From Acidobacteriota bacterium (GTDB taxonomy: Bacteria; Acidobacteriota; UBA4820; DSQY01), in NCBI GenBank assembly GCA_049967655.1, contig JBMFSH010000035.1, forward strand, positions 1-25,993: 25,993 nucleotides of DNA, in the 5' to 3' direction. A program made the translations under genes and the position numbers. Positions 1 through 7,650 of this stretch are shown here, in pieces; position 1 is the stretch's first letter, and each line of letters opens with the position of its first letter. The notes beneath the pieces were generated by a model. It saw nothing but the letters and a program-made list of their open reading frames with translations. It did not search any database and was not told where the DNA came from.

Positions 1-2703
1 ATCAGCCTCACCGTCCCCCAGGGCGCCACGAGCGGCCCCGTCACGGTCACCACCACCGCCATGGTCAACGGCCAGCCGCTCGTCCAGACCAGCAACTCCG
101 AGGATATCCTGGTGATCTGGACCGACTACAGCCCGCCCTATGGTGGCCGACTCGATGTGTCTTCTTGGTCATCCGCCGTCCTGCCCGGCGCCAATGAGGA
201 TTTGTATGTGGTCAACGGGTATGCGGACTACTGGACGGTAGGTGATTACGTCTACCATATCGACAATCAGGGCCAGGTTTCCGAGACCGGCGGGGCATGG
301 TTTTCCAGGAACAACGGTACGGATGACTATTCGCTGTTCTATTCAGGCATCTCTGCGCGGAATCCGGCCGATGGGCAGGTCTATGGTCTCCTTGCCGAGA
401 ATTTCAACTATCCCAAGTACAATCCGCCCTATATCAACGAGGATATCGTGAATCTAGGAACGAGCTCGGTGGTACTGACCACGCAACAGCTCTTTTCAGA
501 TAGTGGCTGTCCACCTGCCAATGGTGGCTATGGCACGGAGAGCTTTACCATCGCTGCCTTCGGCTTCGACGCCCAGGGCGATCTCCTTGTGGTTGGTTAC
601 CGGTTACCATGCTACCATCTCGTACCCGTCGGCATTGGGACATACGCACCCGTAGTGGACAGGTCTGAAGCCTACGATTTCTGGTGGTTTCCCGCCAGCA
701 GTCTGAACGGCTCGACGGTCGTACTCTCACTGGATTCCGCCCTGCTCCCTTCCCCCATTGAAATGGGGGACTTCCTATCGAACGCCTATGGATTCTTTGG
801 CCCCTTCGGCCTTGCGGTCTCCCCCTCCGGTAATGCGATATGCCGGGTTTTCTGGGCTTCGGGCTGGGCGGGGGGGCAATCTCACGATGAAGTGCAAGAT
901 ACCGTCTGGGCTATCCCTCCCATGGGAAGTCAAGAACCGGTCCAGCAGCTTCCACCGCCTCCGCCAATACCCACGGATTTACAAGGATACTATGGTGCCT
1001 TTGGAACCGTAGCCGCTGATTGCATGGGTCGGTTTTACTTGATGGGGGCCATTGAGTCGGGTTCCAATCAGTCGGGACCCATTGTGGAATATGAGCAGGG
1101 ATCTGGCGGGGGATGGGCCGAAAACCCGTGGACGGCGGCGGCACCAGCGGGAGGGGCGACATGTGCCGCCAGTACGCTCAATTGGCCAGCGTGGCTGTCC
1201 TCCGACGCTTACGGAAATCTATACGAGAGCGGATGGGTCCCCACGCCCAATGGCAACTACAATGAAGATCTCCACCGCTTTTCAGCGTGCGAGCTGGTGG
1301 ACCCCCACTACTACGACAACTTCACCTGCTGCCCGACGGGCGTGCAGTACAAGGACGTGGTGCAGAAGAGCCGGGGGGAAAACGCCGAGCTCTCCTGTTC
1401 GACACTGACGATCAACATCTCCCAGAATGGCCAGACCATACCCGTCACCCAGAACGGGCAGACGGTCACGCTCCCCCTGGGAGCCACGCCAACGTTATCG
1501 CTACTCTCCAACAACCAGCCTGTCTCGGCCACGTGGGGTTTGCAGAAAGTCTGCCGGACGAACGGTCCCGATCCCGATGACCTCTTCCCCAACAACGTTG
1601 TCCTCCTCTTTCTGCCGAACGGTGGCTCCGGTGCGGGCTTGGCCGTTATGCACGTGGGTAGTGTTCAGATTACGGCCACTTCCACCTCAGGCCAGAGCAG
1701 TCTCTCCATTACCGTGAAGACGGTGGCGAGCGGCCCTCTTGGATCGGCCCACCCCGAGCTTGACTCTGCAATCTACACCGCTGCGGAGCAGTTCGGCATT
1801 CTGCCCCAATACATCAAGGCCATGATCCAGAAAGAAAGCACGTTTACGGCCACGGCCTACCGGTACGAGCCCCGAACATGGGACTATGGCGCCAGCCAGC
1901 CGGGATTCCGGCTCCGGCTGGGCGATCCGGCCTTCGCCGCCTTCGCCTTCCAGGAACCCTCCATGACGGGGGTGCCGGGCAGTCCGATTGCCGAAGGGCC
2001 GCTGACCTCAAGCTGGAAGGATATGCGGCTGGATGCACGGTACAGTTTCAAGCTGCTGCCCTCCTTTGCCGTCTGGAATCAGGGGCAGGGCTGCACGGCG
2101 GTGACGGGCGCGGATGGTGATCTTTCGGCCTACGCCTTGAGCTTGGGTACCTCCGCATGGTACGCCGTCGTTCCGGCCGGAAGCCCGTACAAGTATGGTC
2201 CCTGCGGCGAAGGCGAGGACTGGTACAAGCCGGTGAGCGTTTGGGAGTACGACGAATACCGGGCGGGTCGGTGCCCCAGCCTCTCCAATGCGGCTCTCGA
2301 CTTCTTCTACGACAATCCCTATACCGCCCAGACTGTGCTTGCAGCCTCTTACGGGTATATGCAGGTGGGTTTCGAGGCGCTCAAAGAGTTGGGGTGGTTG
2401 GGTATGGGTATCCCAGCCAATCTGGAGGTCGCTGGTAACGATCTCGGCTTGGGTAGCCCCGGTGACCTGGAAACCGCTTATACCAACATCGGCTTGGGGA
2501 GCCATTGGTTGGCGCGGCAACGACGGTATCTGTCGAGATACTACGGCGGCATTGGGCAAACCAGCCTATTGGATTTGCAGGACCACTTCATCTGGCTCTG
2601 CACGCTGTACAACGGGTCTCAGAAAAAGAGTGGCACAGCGTACGGTACAGAGATCGTCCGGACATTGGCCCCACCCTTTCAGCCACAGATTCCGGCCCAG
2701 TGA
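1..2703 (+). CDS. Large, probably extracellular multidomain protein, 5'-truncated by the window: IPT/TIG-like end, NHL/SBBP-like propeller repeats, Ig-like segment, C-terminal SLT-type lytic transglycosylase domain
   Basis: Frame is open from base 1 (ISLTVPQGATSGPVTVTTT...SNS, resembling an IPT/TIG C-terminus), so ATG 61 is internal. Blade-like repeats: GFDAQGDLLVVG, GLAVSPSGN, AADCMGRFYLMG, SSDAYGNLYESG. SLT motifs: AAEQFGILPQYIKAMIQKES (Glu at 1834), ASYGYMQV (~2344), NIGLGSHWL, LYNG (~2605). Confidence 0.8.
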   Translation: MSLTVPQGATSGPVTVTTTAMVNGQPLVQTSNSEDILVIWTDYSPPYGGRLDVSSWSSAVLPGANEDLYVVNGYADYWTVGDYVYHIDNQGQVSETGGAWFSRNNGTDDYSLFYSGISARNPADGQVYGLLAENFNYPKYNPPYINEDIVNLGTSSVVLTTQQLFSDSGCPPANGGYGTESFTIAAFGFDAQGDLLVVGYRLPCYHLVPVGIGTYAPVVDRSEAYDFWWFPASSLNGSTVVLSLDSALLPSPIEMGDFLSNAYGFFGPFGLAVSPSGNAICRVFWASGWAGGQSHDEVQDTVWAIPPMGSQEPVQQLPPPPPIPTDLQGYYGAFGTVAADCMGRFYLMGAIESGSNQSGPIVEYEQGSGGGWAENPWTAAAPAGGATCAASTLNWPAWLSSDAYGNLYESGWVPTPNGNYNEDLHRFSACELVDPHYYDNFTCCPTGVQYKDVVQKSRGENAELSCSTLTINISQNGQTIPVTQNGQTVTLPLGATPTLSLLSNNQPVSATWGLQKVCRTNGPDPDDLFPNNVVLLFLPNGGSGAGLAVMHVGSVQITATSTSGQSSLSITVKTVASGPLGSAHPELDSAIYTAAEQFGILPQYIKAMIQKESTFTATAYRYEPRTWDYGASQPGFRLRLGDPAFAAFAFQEPSMTGVPGSPIAEGPLTSSWKDMRLDARYSFKLLPSFAVWNQGQGCTAVTGADGDLSAYALSLGTSAWYAVVPAGSPYKYGPCGEGEDWYKPVSVWEYDEYRAGRCPSLSNAALDFFYDNPYTAQTVLAASYGYMQVGFEALKELGWLGMGIPANLEVAGNDLGLGSPGDLETAYTNIGLGSHWLARQRRYLSRYYGGIGQTSLLDLQDHFIWLCTLYNGSQKKSGTAYGTEIVRTLAPPFQPQIPAQ

Positions 2704-2713
2704 GGAGGCGACC

Positions 2714-4363
2714 ATGAAGACCAGGCACATTCTCTTAGCGTTCTTGGTGGCCCTGGCTCTGGGGCTCGGCATGACTGTTCTCGCGCAGACCTCCGGCACT
2801 GGACAGCTCTTCTACAACCAGAGCATCCCCGGCAACACCGTCATTCCGGACGGGCTGAAGTCATTGATTATGCAGTACTACCCCCAAGCCTTCACTAGCG
2901 GCTGGGGGTCCTCTGACTACGCTTGCCATCCCGAGATTCCCATCCAGGACGACCTGACCAACGGGCGGATCCAATGTTGGGAACAAGAGCTTTCGTCCAG
3001 TGGGCCTGATGTCTATGTCGTGACTTATAGCCGATGCGGCGAAACGCTTCTGCGGATCTTCGTGAAGGATGCCTCCGGTACCTATCACTATCTCTGGGGC
3101 GCCAACCCCGACGTTTTTGGCGGCACGCTCTGGGACCCCCACTTCGAGGATGTCGAAAACGACGGGATGAAGGACATCCTCTTGTACTGGGAGGACGACT
3201 CCTACAATACGGGTGCGACCGTCAATCAGGGGGTTCTGGTCCTCGCCTACCGGAATGGCGCCATCGTGCCCATCACACCCTACAACCCCCAGAACGGAGC
3301 CGCTTGGGTTATGGGGCCGCCAGCACCAGGTAATACCGATGCATATACCTGCACCTGCTCGGACTCAGGCGTGGGTTTCGTGGACATTGATGGAGACGGA
3401 ATCCCCGAACTTCTGGTCTATCCGGATTACGGGCCCGCTGGGAACCGCGTGTGGCTCGGCGGCACCGAGGTCTGGAAACTCGTGAATGGCGTCTACCAGT
3501 TCCAGTACGAAACGCCCATCGGCACGACCACGCCGAGCGGGGGCGTGATCGGCGCGGCGATCAAGCCGGCGTCTATTCCTCTGGGCGAGCTGCAAGGGGC
3601 GGGGGGAAACACCTCCGTGAAAGGCAAGAGCCAGGGCGGCGGGAATGACCAGGCGATCACGCTCTACGTCATGCCGCCCTCGGGTTTCACGCTAGACGAC
3701 GTGGACTGGACGAGTCTGCGCATCGCCGATTTCACGCAGGCCCCTACGGCCGACGAAGGGGTGACCCCGGCGCCCTACAGCGCCACCTCGCCGCCGGCCA
3801 CAATGATGCCCGTGAGCCGCTTCGGCCAGACCATGCTCCAGGAGGACCTCTCCAAGCCGGATATGTCCTTCACCCAGCAGGACGCGGACCCGGTCTACAC
3901 CATCGGTCCCAGCGGCAGGCTGCACTTCACGACGCCCTATCACGTGTTTGGGTTCTCGAAGACGCTCCTCCTGCCGTGGCTCTACCAGCAGTGGCAGAAC
4001 GGGGCCTCCTCTTCGCCCCTGACCACCTGCGTCTCGCCTGGGCAGAGCTCGTCCTCCGCGAGGAAGGGGGGGACCAAGGCCGGGAGCCAGACGCCGCCGG
4101 CCTCGAAGGCCGCCCCGGCCAAGCCTGCCGGCACGAAGGGGCCCGCCACCAAGGCCCAGCCCGAGAGCCAGGGGAATCCCCACTGCTTCGCGCCCATCAC
4201 CATTCCCATTCGCGTGAACCTGACCAACAACCGCGGCCCCGCCCTCGGGGAAGCCCGCATCTGGATCGACACTGGGGCGCAAGGTTCTTCTTCCGCTGCC
4301 GCTGACGCGGGCGGGACAAAGCAACTCACGGGCCGCAAGGCACGGGCGGACAGCGCCAAGTAG
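2714..4363 (+). CDS. Exported protein (549 aa) with signal peptide and two FG-GAP/VCBS-like Ca-binding motifs; function unknown
   Basis: GGAGG RBS at 2704-2708, ATG 2714. MKTRHILLAFLVALALGLGMTVLA-Q is a Sec signal peptide. Motifs FEDVENDGMKDILL (~3143) and FVDIDGDGIPELLV (~3377). Lys/Ala/Pro-rich linker near the C-terminus. Confidence 0.8.
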   Translation: MKTRHILLAFLVALALGLGMTVLAQTSGTGQLFYNQSIPGNTVIPDGLKSLIMQYYPQAFTSGWGSSDYACHPEIPIQDDLTNGRIQCWEQELSSSGPDVYVVTYSRCGETLLRIFVKDASGTYHYLWGANPDVFGGTLWDPHFEDVENDGMKDILLYWEDDSYNTGATVNQGVLVLAYRNGAIVPITPYNPQNGAAWVMGPPAPGNTDAYTCTCSDSGVGFVDIDGDGIPELLVYPDYGPAGNRVWLGGTEVWKLVNGVYQFQYETPIGTTTPSGGVIGAAIKPASIPLGELQGAGGNTSVKGKSQGGGNDQAITLYVMPPSGFTLDDVDWTSLRIADFTQAPTADEGVTPAPYSATSPPATMMPVSRFGQTMLQEDLSKPDMSFTQQDADPVYTIGPSGRLHFTTPYHVFGFSKTLLLPWLYQQWQNGASSSPLTTCVSPGQSSSSARKGGTKAGSQTPPASKAAPAKPAGTKGPATKAQPESQGNPHCFAPITIPIRVNLTNNRGPALGEARIWIDTGAQGSSSAAADAGGTKQLTGRKARADSAK

Positions 4364-4365
4364 AC

Positions 4366-4387
4366 GCTTCCCCGGCGCCGGGGAAGC
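4366..4387. repeat. Perfect 22-bp palindrome immediately after the stop codon (hairpin; possible terminator or mRNA 3' stabiliser)
   Basis: GCTTCCCCGGCGCCGGGGAAGC is self-complementary; no clear U-tract follows. Confidence 0.7.
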
Positions 4388-4538
4388 CGAAGAAGTAGGG
4401 GAAAGCCCCAAGAAACCCGGGAGGCAAGGCGGGAGGCAAGCGTTATCTTCCGGGTGGCCGCCGCGCCGTTCAAAGCCTCCCGTCCGGGCCACGCTTTCTT
4501 CGTCACTAGCTTATGGGGACTTGGCGAGCAAGTCCGTA

Positions 4539-4571
4539 AGGGGGCGTCCTTCAGGAGTCGGGACGCCTTTT
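4539..4571 (+). terminator. Possible intrinsic terminator
   Basis: GGCGTCC (4543-4549) pairs with GGACGCC (4561-4567), followed by TTTT; the U-tract is short. Confidence 0.4.
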
Positions 4572-4613
4572 GCCCAACCGGCTTTTGCCCAACCGGCTTT
4601 TGCCCAACCGGCT
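4567..4613. repeat. Tandem repeat, 3 exact copies of 15-mer CTTTTGCCCAACCGG
   Basis: Copies at 4567-4581, 4582-4596 and 4597-4611, plus 2 further nt. Confidence 0.95.
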
Positions 4614-4641
4614 GGACAACGGGGAGGGAAGGACTTACTAT
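4613..4641 (+). promoter_or_regulatory. Sigma70-type promoter for ctpA-ffh
   Basis: TGGACA (4613-4618), 17-nt spacer, TACTAT (4636-4641). Confidence 0.6.
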
Positions 4642-4649
4642 GGACCGCT

Positions 4650-6200
4650 ATGGTGCGCCGAGCCGCTCTGCTGATGATATTGTTCCTGATGGCGCTGGGC
4701 ATGGCCGGTGACTGGCCGAGCCAGGATCTGCGCGCGGGCGGCGGCGACCAGGCCAAGGCCGCCGAGAAGCTGTACCTGCAGGTGGCCGACCTGGTCGAGA
4801 CCCGCGGCTACGAGAAGCCGCCGGGGCAGGACCTTCTCAGCGATTCCCTGGACGGCATGCTCCACAGCCTCGACCCGCACAGCAACTACTACTCGCCGCA
4901 GGTCTTCAGGGACCTCATGGAGGACCAGGAGGGCAAGTTTTCGGGACTCGGCATGCTGGTGGCCAAGCCGAGCGCCACCTCCCCCCTCCTGGTGGTGAAC
5001 CCCATCCCCGACACGCCGGCCTGGCGGGCCGGTATCCGGGCGGGCGACGTGATCCTCGAGGTGGACGGGCAGCCCACCGACAAGATGAGCAGCCGTGAGG
5101 CGGTGCGGAAGCTCAAGGGCCCCGACGGGACCCTGGTGACCATCAAGGTGGGCCGCGGGTCGGCGCCGCCCGAGGTGATGACCCTCAAGCGGGCGCCCAT
5201 CCCCAAGCACACCGTGCCCTACGCCTTCATGCTGAAGGACGGAGAGGGCTACGTGAAGATCAACACCTTCGGCCAGACCACGGCCGACGAGCTAGCGGAG
5301 AACCTGGACCGCCTGAGGGACGAGGGGATGACCTCCCTCATCCTGGACCTTAGGGACAATCCGGGAGGGGCCCTGAAGGCGGCCGTGGACGTGGCCTCCA
5401 TGTTCCTCTCGCGGGGCCAGGAGGTGGTGAGCATTCGGGGCCGCTACGCCGGGATCGTCCGGCGTTACGTGGCCTACAAGGACGGCGCTTACTCCAAGAT
5501 TCCCATGGTGGTGCTCATCGACCTGGGGTCGGCCAGCGCCTCGGAGATCGTGACAGGCGCCCTCCAGGACCACGACAGGGCCGAGGTTGTGGGCGAACGC
5601 TCCTGGGGCAAGGGGCTCGTGCAGACGCTGACCCCGCTGGACAACGACGGCGCGGTGGCCATCACCACGGCACGGTACTACACGCCGTCCGGAAGACTGA
5701 TCCAGCGGGACTACAGCCACTCCTACGACGCCTACTACTTTCCCGACGAGCAGCCCAAGGGTGTGGACGAGCCCGTAGAGCCCAAGCCTGAGGCGCACAC
5801 CGACAACGGCCGCCCGGTCTACGGAGGCGGCGGCATCACGCCCGACGTCAAGGTGAAGGCCATGGAGATTCCGGCTCTGGCCCAGCGCCTCGAGAGGCGG
5901 AGGGCCTTCCTGGAGTTCGCCGCGAAGGAGGCCGAGCAGGGGCGCCTGGACGCTAAACGGGCCGAGTCTCCCGAGGTGCTGGACGCCTTCAAGGCCTACC
6001 TCGCCCAGCAGAAGATCGCTTACACGCCCGAGGAGTGGAAGGGCAGCGAAGCGTACATCCGCTGCGCCCTGGGCCGCGAGGCCATGACCATGCTGGATGG
6101 CCAGGCGGCCGGCTACAAGGCCATGATTCCCATGGACCTTCAGCTCCAGAAGGCGGAGCAGATCCTTCAGACCATGACCCACCAGCAGAAGGCGGCGTGA
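4650..6200 (+). CDS. ctpA: Carboxy-terminal processing protease, S41A family (PDZ + peptidase)
   Basis: Hydrophobic N-terminus MVRRAALLMILFLMALG; LDPHSNY; PDZ motif GKFSGLGM; LDLRDNPGG; catalytic SASASEIV and GERSWGKGLVQ; TTARYYTPSGRLIQ. Start chosen at ATG 4650. Confidence 0.92.
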   Translation: MVRRAALLMILFLMALGMAGDWPSQDLRAGGGDQAKAAEKLYLQVADLVETRGYEKPPGQDLLSDSLDGMLHSLDPHSNYYSPQVFRDLMEDQEGKFSGLGMLVAKPSATSPLLVVNPIPDTPAWRAGIRAGDVILEVDGQPTDKMSSREAVRKLKGPDGTLVTIKVGRGSAPPEVMTLKRAPIPKHTVPYAFMLKDGEGYVKINTFGQTTADELAENLDRLRDEGMTSLILDLRDNPGGALKAAVDVASMFLSRGQEVVSIRGRYAGIVRRYVAYKDGAYSKIPMVVLIDLGSASASEIVTGALQDHDRAEVVGERSWGKGLVQTLTPLDNDGAVAITTARYYTPSGRLIQRDYSHSYDAYYFPDEQPKGVDEPVEPKPEAHTDNGRPVYGGGGITPDVKVKAMEIPALAQRLERRRAFLEFAAKEAEQGRLDAKRAESPEVLDAFKAYLAQQKIAYTPEEWKGSEAYIRCALGREAMTMLDGQAAGYKAMIPMDLQLQKAEQILQTMTHQQKAA

Positions 6201-7537
6201 TGTTCGAGCGATTGACCGATCGTATCCAGGGTGCCATCCGCGGCCTGCGCGGCCAGGGGAAGATTACCGAGGGAAACATCCAGGAGGGGCTCCGGTCCGT
6301 CCGCCTCGCGCTCCTGGAGGCGGACGTCCACGTCTCGGTGGTGCGGGACTTCCTGGAGGGTGTGAAGACCAGGGCCCTGGGTGTAGAGGTCCTCCAGAGC
6401 CTCTCCCCCGACCAGCACTTCATCAAGATCCTCTACGACGAGCTTCAGCGCGTGCTGGGGGAGGGTTCGGCCCGCCTCAAGTTCCCCGACGTACCGCCGG
6501 GCATCCTCATGCTGGTGGGTCTCCAAGGCTCCGGAAAAACCACCACCGCGGGCAAGCTCGCGCGGCACTTCCTGGCGGACGGCCACCCCTGCCTGCTCGT
6601 CCCTGCCGACGTCTATCGCCCCGCCGCCAGGCAGCAGCTCGAAACGGTCGGGAAGGCCGTGGGGGCCCAGGTCTTCCAGCCGGAGCCGGGGGACGGCCCA
6701 GTGGCCATCTGCAAGAAGGCCGTCGCCGAAGCGAAGCGCAAGGGCAGCCACAGGGTGATCATCGACACGGCCGGCCGCCTCAACATCGACGAGGTGCTCA
6801 TGGAGGAGCTGGCCCAGATCGTCCGGGCGGTGGCGCCCCACGAGAGCCTCTACGTGGCCGACGCCATGACGGGCCAGAGCGCCATGGCGACGGTGAAGGC
6901 CTTCCACGAGAAGGTGGAGCTGACGGGGGTCATCCTCAGCAAGGCCGACGGCGACGCCAGGGGGGGAGCCATCCTCTCGGTCAAGGCGGTCACGGGGCTC
7001 CCCGTGAAGTTCGTCGGCGTGGGCGAGAAGTACGACGCCCTGGAGGCCTTTTACCCGGACCGTATGGCCTCGCGCATCCTGGGCATGGGGGACGTGCTGA
7101 GCCTCATCGAGAAGGCGCAGTCCACCGTGGACGCCAAGGAGGCGGAGGATATGGCCCGCCGCCTCAAGAAGGCCGAGTTCACGCTGGAGGATTTCCGGTC
7201 CCAGCTCAGGCAGATGCGCAAGATGGGCCCCCTCGAACAGGTGCTCGGCATGATCCCCGGCCTGGGTGCCATGCGCGGCGTGGACCCCTCGCAGATCGAC
7301 GAGCGGCGCCTCAAGCGGGTGGAGGCCATCCTCGACAGCATGACCGCCTACGAGCGGGAGCACCACCAGGTGATCAACGGAAGCCGGCGAAAGCGCATCG
7401 CGCTGGGGGCGGGGGTCGCCGTGTCCGAGGTCAACCAGGTCCTCAAGCAGTACCTGACCATGCGCAAGATGATGCTCCAGTTCAGAAAGGCCGGTTTGAA
7501 AGGCATGCGCCGCATGCTCGGTGGAGTCGGGCGCTAA
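6200..7537 (+). CDS. ffh: Signal recognition particle protein Ffh
   Basis: MFERLTDRIQ...ALLEADV; GLQGSGKTTT; DTAGR; KADGDARGG; PDRMASRILGMGD; M-domain SRRKRIALGAG. Start overlaps the ctpA stop (TGATG). Confidence 0.97.
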   Translation: MFERLTDRIQGAIRGLRGQGKITEGNIQEGLRSVRLALLEADVHVSVVRDFLEGVKTRALGVEVLQSLSPDQHFIKILYDELQRVLGEGSARLKFPDVPPGILMLVGLQGSGKTTTAGKLARHFLADGHPCLLVPADVYRPAARQQLETVGKAVGAQVFQPEPGDGPVAICKKAVAEAKRKGSHRVIIDTAGRLNIDEVLMEELAQIVRAVAPHESLYVADAMTGQSAMATVKAFHEKVELTGVILSKADGDARGGAILSVKAVTGLPVKFVGVGEKYDALEAFYPDRMASRILGMGDVLSLIEKAQSTVDAKEAEDMARRLKKAEFTLEDFRSQLRQMRKMGPLEQVLGMIPGLGAMRGVDPSQIDERRLKRVEAILDSMTAYEREHHQVINGSRRKRIALGAGVAVSEVNQVLKQYLTMRKMMLQFRKAGLKGMRRMLGGVGR

Positions 7538-7578
7538 GGGAGTGCCCGCTACGCCTGGCCCGTGAATCATCAACGGCG

Positions 7579-7607
7579 TTGACAGCCCTATGCCCGGGTG
7601 CTACCAT
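7579..7607 (+). promoter_or_regulatory. Strong sigma70-type promoter with extended -10
   Basis: TTGACA (7579-7584), 17-nt spacer, TGc-TACCAT (7602-7607); 44 nt upstream of ATG 7651, which has a GGGAGG RBS. Confidence 0.8.
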
Positions 7608-7650
7608 ATTCGCACCTGTACCACAGGCTTCTCTGGGGAGAAGGGGAGGC

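Noticed and set aside
2288..2713. N-terminal extension of the 691-aa ORF
   Set aside because: It overlaps the SLT gene. The RBS and signal peptide place the start at 2714.
4468..4491. tRNA-3'-end-like string GTTCAAAG-CCTCC-CGTCCGG-G-CCA (possible att remnant)
   Set aside because: The spacing fits, but the T-loop ends in G, the 5' T-stem does not pair and there is no cloverleaf. Too weak to call a tRNA or att site without the genome's tRNA set.
4400..4500. SRP RNA (ffs) near ffh
   Set aside because: The conserved CAGG-CCGGAAGG-AGCAGC helix-8 motif was not found on either strand; only CCGGAAG matches.
4567..4613. Possible CRISPR array
   Set aside because: The repeats are 15 bp and directly adjacent, with no spacers and no cas genes.
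7537..7650. ffh not followed by rpsP-rimM-trmD
   Set aside because: That gene order is common but often broken, so its absence is not informative alone.
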